A DNA stretch of 44,008 nt. Origin: a virus. Lineage: Duplodnaviria > Heunggongvirae > Uroviricota > Caudoviricetes. Below the pieces are notes generated by a model. That model searched no databases, was not told the DNA's origin, and saw only the letters and a program-made list of their open reading frames with translations. The stretch lies in IMG/VR virus record IMGVR_UViG_3300008262_000022; one strand, written 5' to 3'. Positions 10,728-19,842 of this stretch are shown one piece after another (positions within the stretch are counted from its first letter, which is position 1; each line of letters opens with the position of its first letter). A program made the translations under genes and the position numbers.

Positions 10728-11384
10728 ATGGCTATATTAAATCCTACAACAATAACAGTAGACGCAATTTTAACAACAAAAGGACGCCAATTATTGGCTC
10801 GCAATGATGGATCATTTCAAATCACCCAATTTGCATTAGCAGATGATGAAATTGATTATACATTGTATAACCCTGATCACCCATCGGGATCATCATATTA
10901 TGGTCAGGCTATTGAAGCTACCCCTGTATTAGAAGCTATACCTAATGATACTCAAATGATGCGATATAAGTTAGTAACACTTCCACGTGGAACTGCTAAA
11001 CTACCTGTTATCAATATTGGTTATAATAGTATTGTTATTAAGCAAGGAGCTTCATTAACAATTACTCCTCAAACTTTAAATTATTTAGGAGCAACAAGTA
11101 CATTTGAAAGTAGTGGATATACAGTTACAGTAGCTGATGGTAGATTATTATCATCTTTCCAAGGTACAGGTATAACTACAACTACTCCGGGTACTAATAA
11201 TTTGAATACAACTACGGGTGCTACTTTATCTGTAACCCAAGTAGGAACTTCATTTACTATTACCGGTACAACAATTAATACGTTATATGGTACAACATTA
11301 ACATCATTGACTACAACAATTACAGTAATAGGTAGAGATAGTGGAGCTAGAATTACTATTCCTTTGGTTGTAAATAAAATCTAA
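10728..11384 (+). CDS. Tail/baseplate protein with tail-collar-like N-terminus
   Basis: 'ILTTKGRQLLAR...FQITQFALADDE' resembles the N-terminal half of phage tail-collar fibre domains; TATTTATA at 10700-10707. Confidence 0.5.
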   Translation: MAILNPTTITVDAILTTKGRQLLARNDGSFQITQFALADDEIDYTLYNPDHPSGSSYYGQAIEATPVLEAIPNDTQMMRYKLVTLPRGTAKLPVINIGYNSIVIKQGASLTITPQTLNYLGATSTFESSGYTVTVADGRLLSSFQGTGITTTTPGTNNLNTTTGATLSVTQVGTSFTITGTTINTLYGTTLTSLTTTITVIGRDSGARITIPLVVNKI

Positions 11385-11396
11385 AAATAATTAAAT

Positions 11397-12386
11397 ATGT
11401 CATTTATAAGATACGCACAAGACGATTCAGTAGTAAGTTCAGAAACCGTAGTAAGAGGTTTATTTAGTGGTGATGCTAATACATTATCTACATTTTTCAC
11501 AGCAAGTAGTGGAAATACAGAATATTATTTAAATGTATATGATTTAGCTACTACTAATCCGTCATCTTCTATTCAATTTACAATACAATACGGTAATTTA
11601 TACGGATCTGGTTCTGCTTTAATTAATTCATCAGTGACAGGTTCATCTCCTAGTCGCATTGTTTATGGACAATATAGAAATTTAGTTTACGGTACTGAGA
11701 CTGTAAATTTTAGTTTTGATGGAACTACTACAGCAGAAGATATATATGTAATTAATTACTCGAGAGCTAGATATAAAGAATCTTTACTTCCTGGGGCCTT
11801 AAATATAAGATTAAGATCAGGTAGTGCACAAATGTTTTTAACAGATGATAGCAATGAATCTAGTACTGCTAATTTTATTGGGGAAAATAGATATTACAAC
11901 ATAATTAGTGGTAGCAATGGATCAGCTCATACTCCAAGTGCTGCTTCAACCTACTATGGATTTATGTTTCCTGATTTAAATATTGTAGTTTTAAAAGCAA
12001 GTGGTTCAAATTCTGTAGATTCTTTTGTAGCCCCACTTGTAAAATCATTAGCTAATAATAATAATCAAGGTAAATTATATTCTTCTATATCAGCATCCGG
12101 AGCAGCAGGAAATGCAATGACTGCTAAATCAGCAGAAACTGTATCATCTCGTTATTTCTTTACTCGTGTAAAAAATAGTGAATTTAATTATACTACTAAT
12201 CCATCTATTATAGATTCAAATGGTAATTTACTTTATACTAGTTTGGTTAATAATCCACAAACATACATCACAACTGTAGGATTATACAACGATAATAATG
12301 AATTATTAGCAGTAGCTAAATTATCAAGACCATTGGTAAAAGATTTTACTAAAGAAGCTTTAATTCGTGTTAAATTAGATTACTAA
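11397..12386 (+). CDS. Tail/baseplate protein with tail-collar-like C-terminus
   Basis: C-terminal 'YITTVGLYNDNNELLAVAKLSRPL'. Confidence 0.5.
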   Translation: MSFIRYAQDDSVVSSETVVRGLFSGDANTLSTFFTASSGNTEYYLNVYDLATTNPSSSIQFTIQYGNLYGSGSALINSSVTGSSPSRIVYGQYRNLVYGTETVNFSFDGTTTAEDIYVINYSRARYKESLLPGALNIRLRSGSAQMFLTDDSNESSTANFIGENRYYNIISGSNGSAHTPSAASTYYGFMFPDLNIVVLKASGSNSVDSFVAPLVKSLANNNNQGKLYSSISASGAAGNAMTAKSAETVSSRYFFTRVKNSEFNYTTNPSIIDSNGNLLYTSLVNNPQTYITTVGLYNDNNELLAVAKLSRPLVKDFTKEALIRVKLDY

Positions 12387-12394
12387 TAAAATGC

Positions 12395-13414
12395 ATGAGT
12401 GCTTTCAAACAGCTTTACAAATCAGATATAACAGTAACTCCTTACACAGCTAATAAGTTATGGTCGTTTTCTTATACTAGTATCCCTAACGATGGTTATA
12501 TAACATATTACATAGGTACTAATACTCCTTTTTCAATTAGTGGTTCAACCACAACTAATGGAGAATACCAATCTTCTATATATGCTGTAGCTAACCAACT
12601 TTATTATCAATCATATACCAGTTCATTAAATACCCAATCGTTAGCAGTTTCTATATATTATGAATCAGCATCATCCCAAAGACCTACTTCATCTTATTAC
12701 AAATACCAAGAAGGTAATACCATCAAAAATTTTCCTTCAGGTGCAGGAGATAGGATAGGTTTATTAGGTGTAAGTAGTGATTTATACGGTAACAATATTT
12801 TACCTTATAGTATTAAAATATCATCTTCTTTAGTAACAATAATTGATGATGGAAATGGTAACTTATACGATGTAACCTATCTCCCTACATTATACGTAGA
12901 TAGTCTATATGTAAATCCATATTATGCTATATCTACAGGATATATATCATCTAGTTATCTTACATCATCATATTTAACTGAGAACGGAAGTGATTTTACT
13001 CCAATTCATATAGGTAATATATTTTATGGACAGGGAATGTTTGTCATAACTAATAATGATTACATTAACTTTTTAAGTTCTCCTATAACTTTAACTAAAG
13101 TTGAATTTCAAAATAACTACAATATTTATGAAACTGAAGTAAGATGTATAGTTAAAGAAAGTGAATTTAATGCTAGTTATAATCCATCTATACAGGAGGG
13201 AGTAATAACAAGCGCAAGTATATCTGGTTCTGTATTTTATTTTAATGATGGAACTTTAAAAGATTTTGCAACAGGCTCAGACTTTTCACCTTATGTTACT
13301 TCTATTGGTTTATATAATGATGAGGATGATTTGTTAGCTGTAGCTAAATTTGCTAAACCTTTACTTATATCTCCAAATACAGATATGACTTTTATAGTTA
13401 AATATGATATTTAA
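12395..13414 (+). CDS. Paralogue of the preceding tail/baseplate protein
   Basis: Shares 'GDDGNGNL'-like (DDGNGNLYD) and C-terminal 'YVTSIGLYNDEDDLLAVAKFAKPL' segments with 11397..12386 ('EFNY/A.YNPS'). Confidence 0.5.
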   Translation: MSAFKQLYKSDITVTPYTANKLWSFSYTSIPNDGYITYYIGTNTPFSISGSTTTNGEYQSSIYAVANQLYYQSYTSSLNTQSLAVSIYYESASSQRPTSSYYKYQEGNTIKNFPSGAGDRIGLLGVSSDLYGNNILPYSIKISSSLVTIIDDGNGNLYDVTYLPTLYVDSLYVNPYYAISTGYISSSYLTSSYLTENGSDFTPIHIGNIFYGQGMFVITNNDYINFLSSPITLTKVEFQNNYNIYETEVRCIVKESEFNASYNPSIQEGVITSASISGSVFYFNDGTLKDFATGSDFSPYVTSIGLYNDEDDLLAVAKFAKPLLISPNTDMTFIVKYDI

Positions 13415-13943
13415 AGAATTAAATATAAAACAAAAAACAAGAATAGGATCAGGTACATACAAGGATGTATATGATCTAGAAACATACCCTGGTTTTGTTG
13501 CTAAAATATTTAGTCCATTAGAAAATGAAGTAGTATACGACGTACAAGAAGAAGAAGAAAAAAGTAAAAAATATCCTGAATTGTTTACCCAAATTAAAAA
13601 AGTAGACTATAAAAAAGGATATATGGTTCAAGAAAAAGTTAATGTTGATTCTTTTAGAAATGATGTTGATAAACTTAAAGAAGAAATAATGTTTGAAGCT
13701 CCTAGTTTTAAACCAATAGATATTGTTTTTTATTTGTTTCGTCACTTAAGAGATAATAATAAAGAAGCTATAAAAGTTATTAAAGATATTTTAAAAGATA
13801 ACAATAATAAAAAATTTTACAATAAATTAATTACATATTTATCTAAGTTATCTAAAGTTAAAAGAGAGATGTATGGAGTAGATGTACATAGAGAAAATTT
13901 TGGATATGATAAACAAGGTAATATAAAAATGTTTGATATATAA
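13404..13943 (+). CDS. Minimal protein-kinase-fold enzyme
   Basis: Gly-loop 'IGSGTYKDVY', 'VAK' lysine, catalytic-loop-like 'DVHRENFG', terminal 'MFD'. Confidence 0.6.
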   Translation: MIFKELNIKQKTRIGSGTYKDVYDLETYPGFVAKIFSPLENEVVYDVQEEEEKSKKYPELFTQIKKVDYKKGYMVQEKVNVDSFRNDVDKLKEEIMFEAPSFKPIDIVFYLFRHLRDNNKEAIKVIKDILKDNNNKKFYNKLITYLSKLSKVKREMYGVDVHRENFGYDKQGNIKMFDI

Positions 13944-14404
13944 TGAACATAACAGAACCAGTTTTGACCGTTGAGGATTTAATCAACGATGAAAGTTTCG
14001 ATCCAACCCAATATGAAGGGTATATTTACATGACTACTAATTTGGAAACAAATCGTAGTTACATTGGTAAGAAAAATTTCTTCCATAAGAATAATGTTAA
14101 GTTAGGTAAAAAAGAATTAGCAGCTTTACCTGTAACACGTGGTAGAACTAAACAAACTAAATTAGTAGTTAAACCAAGTGATTGGAAAACATACTACGGC
14201 TCAGCTAATGAAATAAAAGAAGATCTTAAAAAATATCCTAAAGATAAATTCGTTCGAGTAATATTGAAACTTTGTAAATCAAAGAAAGAACTAACATATT
14301 TTGAATGTAAATACCTATTCCAATATGGTGTGTTAGAAGATTCATCACGATGGATTAACGATAATATTCAAGGACGTTTTTTTACTAAAGATTTGGTAGG
14401 CTAA
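13943..14404 (+). CDS. GIY-YIG family endonuclease
   Basis: 'GYIYMTTNLETNRSYIGKK', 'WKTYYGS', 'ELTYFE', 'WINDNI'. Confidence 0.7.
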   Translation: MNITEPVLTVEDLINDESFDPTQYEGYIYMTTNLETNRSYIGKKNFFHKNNVKLGKKELAALPVTRGRTKQTKLVVKPSDWKTYYGSANEIKEDLKKYPKDKFVRVILKLCKSKKELTYFECKYLFQYGVLEDSSRWINDNIQGRFFTKDLVG

Positions 14405-14422
14405 GTAAAGTTTGTATCTTCC
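14392..14422 (+). promoter_or_regulatory. Bacteroidota sigma70-type promoter upstream of primase
   Basis: TTTG (14392-14395), 19-nt spacer, TATCTTCC (14415-14422); partial match to -33 TTTG / -7 TAnnTTTG. Confidence 0.55.
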
Positions 14423-14428
14423 AACAAA

Positions 14429-15382
14429 ATGGAAAATCAAGCTTTATTAATATTACTAGAATCAGTACTAGGTAAAGGACATCCTACTAGTAAGGGCAAT
14501 GTAGCATTTCATTGTCCTTTTTGTCATCACCATAAACGCAAATTAGAGGTTCAACTAGATACTAATGATAAAAATGAAAATCCATGGCACTGCTGGACAT
14601 GTCCTCCTACTAATAATTCAAAAGGTAAAACTATAAAATCATTATTAAAGAAATTAGATGCGCCTGATGATAAAGTAAAAGAATTAAACCTAATAATCAA
14701 ACCAGGTAAAGTAAAACAAATAGTTGAACAAACAATAAAATTACCTGATGAATTTATCCCTCTTTATAATGTTAATACATCAGATAAATCCATAAGATTA
14801 GCCGCAAGACATGCGATTAAATACATTAAAAGTAGAGGATTGACGGAGGTTGATATTTTAAAATATAACATTGGATTTTGCGCAGAAGGCAAGTACCACG
14901 ACCGAGTAATAATACCTTCATATAATGAATCAGGCCAATTAAATTATTTTATAGCACGTGACTACTCAGATACTTTAGGAAGAAAATATGATAATCCATC
15001 AATACCTGTTAAAGATATAATTGGTATGGAGTTATATGTTAATTGGAGTGCTCCTATTGTTTTAGTTGAGGGTATGTTTGATTTTCTAACAATTAAACGT
15101 AATTGTATCCCATTATTTGGAAAGGTGATACATGAAATATTAATGAAAAAATTAGTATCATCTGATGTACAAAAAATATATATAGCTCTAGATAAAGATG
15201 CTATTAAGGACGCTTTAAAACATTGTGAAACATTAATGTCTTACGGTAAAGAAGTATACCTAGTTGAATTAGATGGTAAAGATGCTAATACAATTGGTTT
15301 TGAGAATTTTCTCAATATTATAGAAAATACATTACCTCTTACATTTCAAAGCTTATTAGAGAAAAAATTAAATAATATATGA
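14429..15382 (+). CDS. DNA primase (zinc finger + TOPRIM)
   Basis: CPFC...HCWTC zinc finger, 'RVIIP', 'LVEGMFD', 'IALDKDA'. Confidence 0.9.
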   Translation: MENQALLILLESVLGKGHPTSKGNVAFHCPFCHHHKRKLEVQLDTNDKNENPWHCWTCPPTNNSKGKTIKSLLKKLDAPDDKVKELNLIIKPGKVKQIVEQTIKLPDEFIPLYNVNTSDKSIRLAARHAIKYIKSRGLTEVDILKYNIGFCAEGKYHDRVIIPSYNESGQLNYFIARDYSDTLGRKYDNPSIPVKDIIGMELYVNWSAPIVLVEGMFDFLTIKRNCIPLFGKVIHEILMKKLVSSDVQKIYIALDKDAIKDALKHCETLMSYGKEVYLVELDGKDANTIGFENFLNIIENTLPLTFQSLLEKKLNNI

Positions 15383-16167
15383 TAGATAAAAATCTAAATG
15401 TGATCAAGGATCCAAAAATTAAACGTATTGTACAGTACAGTGAAGACAACAAACAGATTAATATATTAGATCAACGTTTCTATAAACGTAACGACAAGTA
15501 TTACCCTTCAGTATCAACTATTTTAAATTATTTCCCTAAAAATCAATTTTTCCACAATTGGTTAAAAGATGTAGGACATAATAGTGATATCATTGCTTCT
15601 AAAGCAGCAGCTGAAGGTACACAAGTACACAACGCTATTGAAAAATTTATTAACGGTGAGGAAATAGTATGGATTGAGGAAAATGGTTTTGTAAATTATA
15701 ATTTAGATGTTTGGAAAATGATTTTACGTTTTACTGAATTTTGGAACCGTGAAAAACCAGAATTAGTAGCAGCTGAATACCACTTATTCTCAGACCAACA
15801 TCAATATGCTGGTACAGCCGATTTAATAGTAAGATTACGTGATAAACTATGGTTACTTGATATTAAAACATCTAATTCATTACATACTAGCTATGATTTA
15901 CAGTTAGCTGCTTACACTAAAGCATGGAATGAGACCCATGATGAGCAGGTAACAAATACTGGTATAATATGGTTAAAAGCAGCTACTCGTGGTGAGGATA
16001 AAAAAGGTGAAAAAATACAAGGTGCTGGGTGGCAGTTAAAGGTAATAGGTGATATCGATAAAAACTTTGAAATGTTTACCAAAGTATACGATATATACAA
16101 GTTAGAAAATCCTGATGATGCTCCATACAGTCAATCGTTACCTACATCGGTTAAATTAGTAGAGTAG
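15379..16167 (+). CDS. PD-(D/E)xK exonuclease (Cas4/RecB-like)
   Basis: 'YPSVSTIL', 'GTQVHNAIE', 'YAGTADLI', 'LLDIKTS', 'LQLAAY'. Confidence 0.8.
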   Translation: MIDKNLNVIKDPKIKRIVQYSEDNKQINILDQRFYKRNDKYYPSVSTILNYFPKNQFFHNWLKDVGHNSDIIASKAAAEGTQVHNAIEKFINGEEIVWIEENGFVNYNLDVWKMILRFTEFWNREKPELVAAEYHLFSDQHQYAGTADLIVRLRDKLWLLDIKTSNSLHTSYDLQLAAYTKAWNETHDEQVTNTGIIWLKAATRGEDKKGEKIQGAGWQLKVIGDIDKNFEMFTKVYDIYKLENPDDAPYSQSLPTSVKLVE

Positions 16168-16180
16168 TATATTTATATAC

Positions 16181-17890
16181 ATGAAAGTAAATGAAATAGA
16201 TGTATTTAGTAAAAAATGGTGGGAGGAGAAATTACAATTAAATGAATCTCCTCCCAATAATTTTGAAAATGACAATAATCACCAATATGTTGAGGATAAT
16301 TTAAGTGCCTTAAACAAAACGGCTTTAATATTTAATTTCCCAGTAGAGGATCTACAGTTAGCTTTTAACGGTGCTTCTGATTTAGTACTAACAGATGATG
16401 TTTGGTCTAAATTAGAAAATAGTAATTCATATAATATTCAAAGTTTAGGACAAGCTTTGTTATACGCTAAAGAAAATAAAATAGATACTGTTCCATATTT
16501 AAAAGCTATTAAAAATTTAGAACCACTACCTAAAGCATTAATATTAAATTATGATAGTGATAAATACTATTTAGTAAATGGTGAATTTGTATTGTCTTTG
16601 CACAAAGCATTAAACCTAACACCAGATACGTTAATGGCTAGAATAAATCCTAAAATAAATGAGGATGGTGAATCTGAAGAGGAAATTAATTTAGTTAATG
16701 AATTTATCAACTATGTTAAAGATAAATTAGGATTAGTACAAATTCCTAAAATAGACTTCTCTGACGATATAGATCACGTTAAAGAACAACGCTCATTTGG
16801 TTATTTCTCACCCGATAGAAACATTATATGGGTATATGCTGGAGATAGAAATACAGCAGATATATTTAGAACACTAGCACATGAATTAATCCATCGTAAA
16901 CAAGAAGAAGACGGTAAGATAAATTACGAAAGTGGTGAAACAGGTAGTGATATTGAAAATGAAGCTAATGCTAAAGCCGGTGTGTTTTTAAGAGACTTTG
17001 GAAAAAAGTATGATGGTATATATGATACTCCTATAAAGAAATTTATTAAAGGTAACATAAATGAAGTAAAAATTCAACCAGCTGGTATTAATTTTACTTT
17101 CCCATTTTGGATTACTAAACAAAATAAATCACAAGCTCCTTTTATAGCGGATCAACTTAATAAACAAGGATATACGTTGAAAGGTGATAAATTCACAGAA
17201 GAAGATATTACATTTAATATTCCTACAATATTAGATTACGACAGCAATTATAGAGACCAACCAGAAAGAAAAATATTAAATACATACTCTCCATCAAGTG
17301 AAGTTAAAATTCAACCGCCACTTACTTATAAAAAAGCATATGGTGAAGTTCATTCATACAATGAAATGAAAAAATGGCAAGAACAAAATGGCGAATTACC
17401 TAGCCACTTTTTAGTAGATCGTACTAATAACACAGTATTAGCTGGTTTTCAAGCTATGAATATTCCTAAATGGGCATGGGATTTACAAAATGATAATAAT
17501 ATGTTTGCTTTAGCATCTAAATCATCTATAACAAATCCACCACCTTATTTAAATAATCCTAATATAGATGTAACTAACCCGGCTTCATGGGGTGATATAA
17601 ATAAAGTTAAAAAATACATAAAAAATAATGTAAATGAAGTAAAAATTAAAAATCCTGTTGTTGATTTAGACCAAAAAATAAAAGATATAGCTGATAATAT
17701 TATTGATTATATAGAATTTTTATATGATAGGGGTGATAAAATTGAGTCTAACAAATTAAGTGAAACCATGGATAATATTGAAAGAGCGTATAAATTCGAT
17801 TATTCTGATTTATCCTTAAAAAACATGAACTTTAAAAAGAAAATAGAACTTTATAAAGAACTTAAAGATATACAAGAAGAATTAAAATAA
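16181..17890 (+). CDS. Multi-module putative internal virion protein containing an HExxH metallopeptidase-like domain
   Basis: 'FRTLAHELIHRKQ...ENEANAKAG'; three (N/S)EVKI(Q/K) linkers; TATTTATA at 16170-16177. Confidence 0.6.
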   Translation: MKVNEIDVFSKKWWEEKLQLNESPPNNFENDNNHQYVEDNLSALNKTALIFNFPVEDLQLAFNGASDLVLTDDVWSKLENSNSYNIQSLGQALLYAKENKIDTVPYLKAIKNLEPLPKALILNYDSDKYYLVNGEFVLSLHKALNLTPDTLMARINPKINEDGESEEEINLVNEFINYVKDKLGLVQIPKIDFSDDIDHVKEQRSFGYFSPDRNIIWVYAGDRNTADIFRTLAHELIHRKQEEDGKINYESGETGSDIENEANAKAGVFLRDFGKKYDGIYDTPIKKFIKGNINEVKIQPAGINFTFPFWITKQNKSQAPFIADQLNKQGYTLKGDKFTEEDITFNIPTILDYDSNYRDQPERKILNTYSPSSEVKIQPPLTYKKAYGEVHSYNEMKKWQEQNGELPSHFLVDRTNNTVLAGFQAMNIPKWAWDLQNDNNMFALASKSSITNPPPYLNNPNIDVTNPASWGDINKVKKYIKNNVNEVKIKNPVVDLDQKIKDIADNIIDYIEFLYDRGDKIESNKLSETMDNIERAYKFDYSDLSLKNMNFKKKIELYKELKDIQEELK

Positions 17891-17896
17891 ATAGTT

Positions 17897-18484
17897 ATGA
17901 ATAATGAATCGTTATTAAAAAAAGAATTTAAAGGTAAAGATGTACAGCGAATGCGTAACATCATTACCAAGAACTATACAGATAAAACAACAACACAAAT
18001 AGGTTATACTAAAGAACAAGTAGATCATAAAGAAGGTGATGTATGGGAAGAAAATGGTAAAACATGGACTATCAAAAATGGTATAAAAATGACCATAACT
18101 AAACTAGATTTAGTTAAAAGTACACTACAAATGCCACTGACTTGCCCAGAATGTAAACGAGCAATGAATAAAGGCCGTTTAGATAAGCATATGTATGGTA
18201 TCCATAAAAAGTGTTCTGATTGCGTTATATCGCATGAAACCGAGCTAAAACGCACAGGTAAATTTGAGGAATACCAAAAGTCTATACTATCTCGAGGTGT
18301 TGAATACCATATCAAGGAAATGGAAGATATTCTATTGGAATTATCATTAGGAATAAACGAAGGATCGTTCGTAACTGAAAACGGTGATATCGAGGAATGG
18401 AAAGGTAAAGGTATAGATGAGCAAGAAATAATCAAAGATATACAGGAATATATACAAAAATTGAAAGATAGTATGGTTTCTTAA
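17897..18484 (+). CDS. Hypothetical protein with a C4 zinc-binding motif
   Basis: 'CPEC...HKKCSDC'. Confidence 0.55.
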   Translation: MNNESLLKKEFKGKDVQRMRNIITKNYTDKTTTQIGYTKEQVDHKEGDVWEENGKTWTIKNGIKMTITKLDLVKSTLQMPLTCPECKRAMNKGRLDKHMYGIHKKCSDCVISHETELKRTGKFEEYQKSILSRGVEYHIKEMEDILLELSLGINEGSFVTENGDIEEWKGKGIDEQEIIKDIQEYIQKLKDSMVS

Positions 18485-18495
18485 TATTTATTACT

Positions 18496-18738
18496 ATGAT
18501 TAAATTAGCTAACATATTAAGCGAAGACTACGGTGGTAAAGGTGAAATGGTTTTACCTCCAAACCATAAAGCCGGTTTAAAAGTACCTAAAGGCGGTTCA
18601 TGTTGTGCTAATTGCAAGTGGTGGAACCCAGAACAACAAATATGTAATAGTAAATATTATCAAGAATGGGCCGGTACTAACACTATTCCATACGCTGCTG
18701 ATGAATATTGTACTAATTGGTGGGAACCTATAAAATAA
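18496..18738 (+). CDS. Small Cys-rich protein with a HiPIP-like Cys pattern and cargo-type leader
   Basis: 'MIKLANILSE' leader, then 'CCANCKWW...C...YCTNWW'; TATTTATT at 18485-18492. Confidence 0.5.
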   Translation: MIKLANILSEDYGGKGEMVLPPNHKAGLKVPKGGSCCANCKWWNPEQQICNSKYYQEWAGTNTIPYAADEYCTNWWEPIK

Positions 18739-18753
18739 CCAATATTTATAAGC

Positions 18754-19167
18754 ATGATTAAATTATTAGACATATTAAACGAAATGCTAACTGAAAAGAA
18801 GCTATGCCCTAAAGGTAAAGCTTACTATAATCGTCGTATAGCTGCTGGTGAAAAACCATCAGCCTATTTATCAGGACGAGCAGTTAAAGTATGTAAAGGT
18901 TTAATGGAAGAAGATGACTTAGATCTACATGAATCATTACGCGATTGGTTTGAAAAAGAAGATTGGGTGCGCATTGACACAGCAGGTAATATTACAGGTC
19001 CTTGCGGTACAATGAAAAAAGGTAATAAAACAACACGTTGTTTACCTCGTGCTAAGGCAAATAGCTTAACTAAAGCAGAACGCGCTGCTACTTCACGAAA
19101 GAAAGCAGCATCAAATAAACAATTTGTTCCTAACACTAAAAAAGCTAAAGTAAGGCTGAACAAATAA
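18754..19167 (+). CDS. Basic two-module putative internal protein
   Basis: 'MIKLLDILNE' leader; module 1 'LCPKGK...PSAYLSGRAVKVCKG'; 'LHE' linker; module 2 'SLRDWFEKEDWV...CG...CLP'; TATTTATA at 18743-18750. Confidence 0.6.
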   Translation: MIKLLDILNEMLTEKKLCPKGKAYYNRRIAAGEKPSAYLSGRAVKVCKGLMEEDDLDLHESLRDWFEKEDWVRIDTAGNITGPCGTMKKGNKTTRCLPRAKANSLTKAERAATSRKKAASNKQFVPNTKKAKVRLNK

Positions 19168-19170
19168 AAT

Positions 19171-19590
19171 ATGAAAACAATAAAATTAAAACAACTTATC
19201 CGTAATGTAATTAACGAAGCTTTCTTTATAGGCGAAGACGATATAGATGAATACGATGTTGAAAATGAACAAGATATAAAAGAATTTGTTCAATTCATGC
19301 GTGAATATCAACAAGAACTAAACGAAGCAGATTGTGATTGCATGTTGGAAGCTAAATACCAAGGTCGCACAGTACCTTTAGGTAAACCAATGCGTGGTGA
19401 TAGTAAGAAGTTTAAAGTATATGTTAAAAATCCTAAAACGGGCAAAGTAGTTAAGGTTAACTTTGGCGCCAAAGGAATGAATATAAAAAAGAACAACCCA
19501 GTTAGACGTAAAGCATTTAGAGCTAGACATAACTGTGACAACCCAGGACCACGTACTAAAGCTAGATACTGGAGTTGTCGCAAATGGTAA
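19171..19590 (+). CDS. Basic putative DNA-binding internal protein
   Basis: 'LKQLIRNVINE' leader, acidic spacer, then 'VNFG...RRKAFRARHNC...KARYWSC..W'. Confidence 0.6.
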   Translation: MKTIKLKQLIRNVINEAFFIGEDDIDEYDVENEQDIKEFVQFMREYQQELNEADCDCMLEAKYQGRTVPLGKPMRGDSKKFKVYVKNPKTGKVVKVNFGAKGMNIKKNNPVRRKAFRARHNCDNPGPRTKARYWSCRKW

Positions 19591-19629
19591 TGTATTAATA
19601 TATGGACCCTGACAGTAAAAATAAAATTA

Positions 19630-19842
19630 ATGACCTGGAGAAAAAAGTTTTTAAGCAACCTAGCAACATTCTGCCTAATGGCGGCGATGTTTTTCAATCC
19701 TCTTGGATTCGACATATTATTCAAACTAGTAATGACGTTGACAGGTTCCTATTGGATTACGGATTTGCTTTTTTACCTAGCTGCGGGGTTATTTCTTGGA
19801 TTATATTTCTTATTGCGTTATAAAATTAATAAAACTAAATGA
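19630..19842 (+). CDS. Small membrane protein (holin candidate)
   Basis: 70 aa, two to three hydrophobic helices with basic N- and C-termini. Confidence 0.45.
   Translation: MTWRKKFLSNLATFCLMAAMFFNPLGFDILFKLVMTLTGSYWITDLLFYLAAGLFLGLYFLLRYKINKTK

Noticed and set aside
15379-16167. Cas4-like nuclease as evidence of a CRISPR system
   Set aside because: No array or other cas genes; PD-(D/E)xK nucleases beside primase are ordinary phage replication/recombination genes.
19602-19823. 73-aa + strand ORF overlapping the small membrane protein
   Set aside because: It is an alternative frame of 19630..19842, which has a coherent hydrophobic profile and couples to the next gene.
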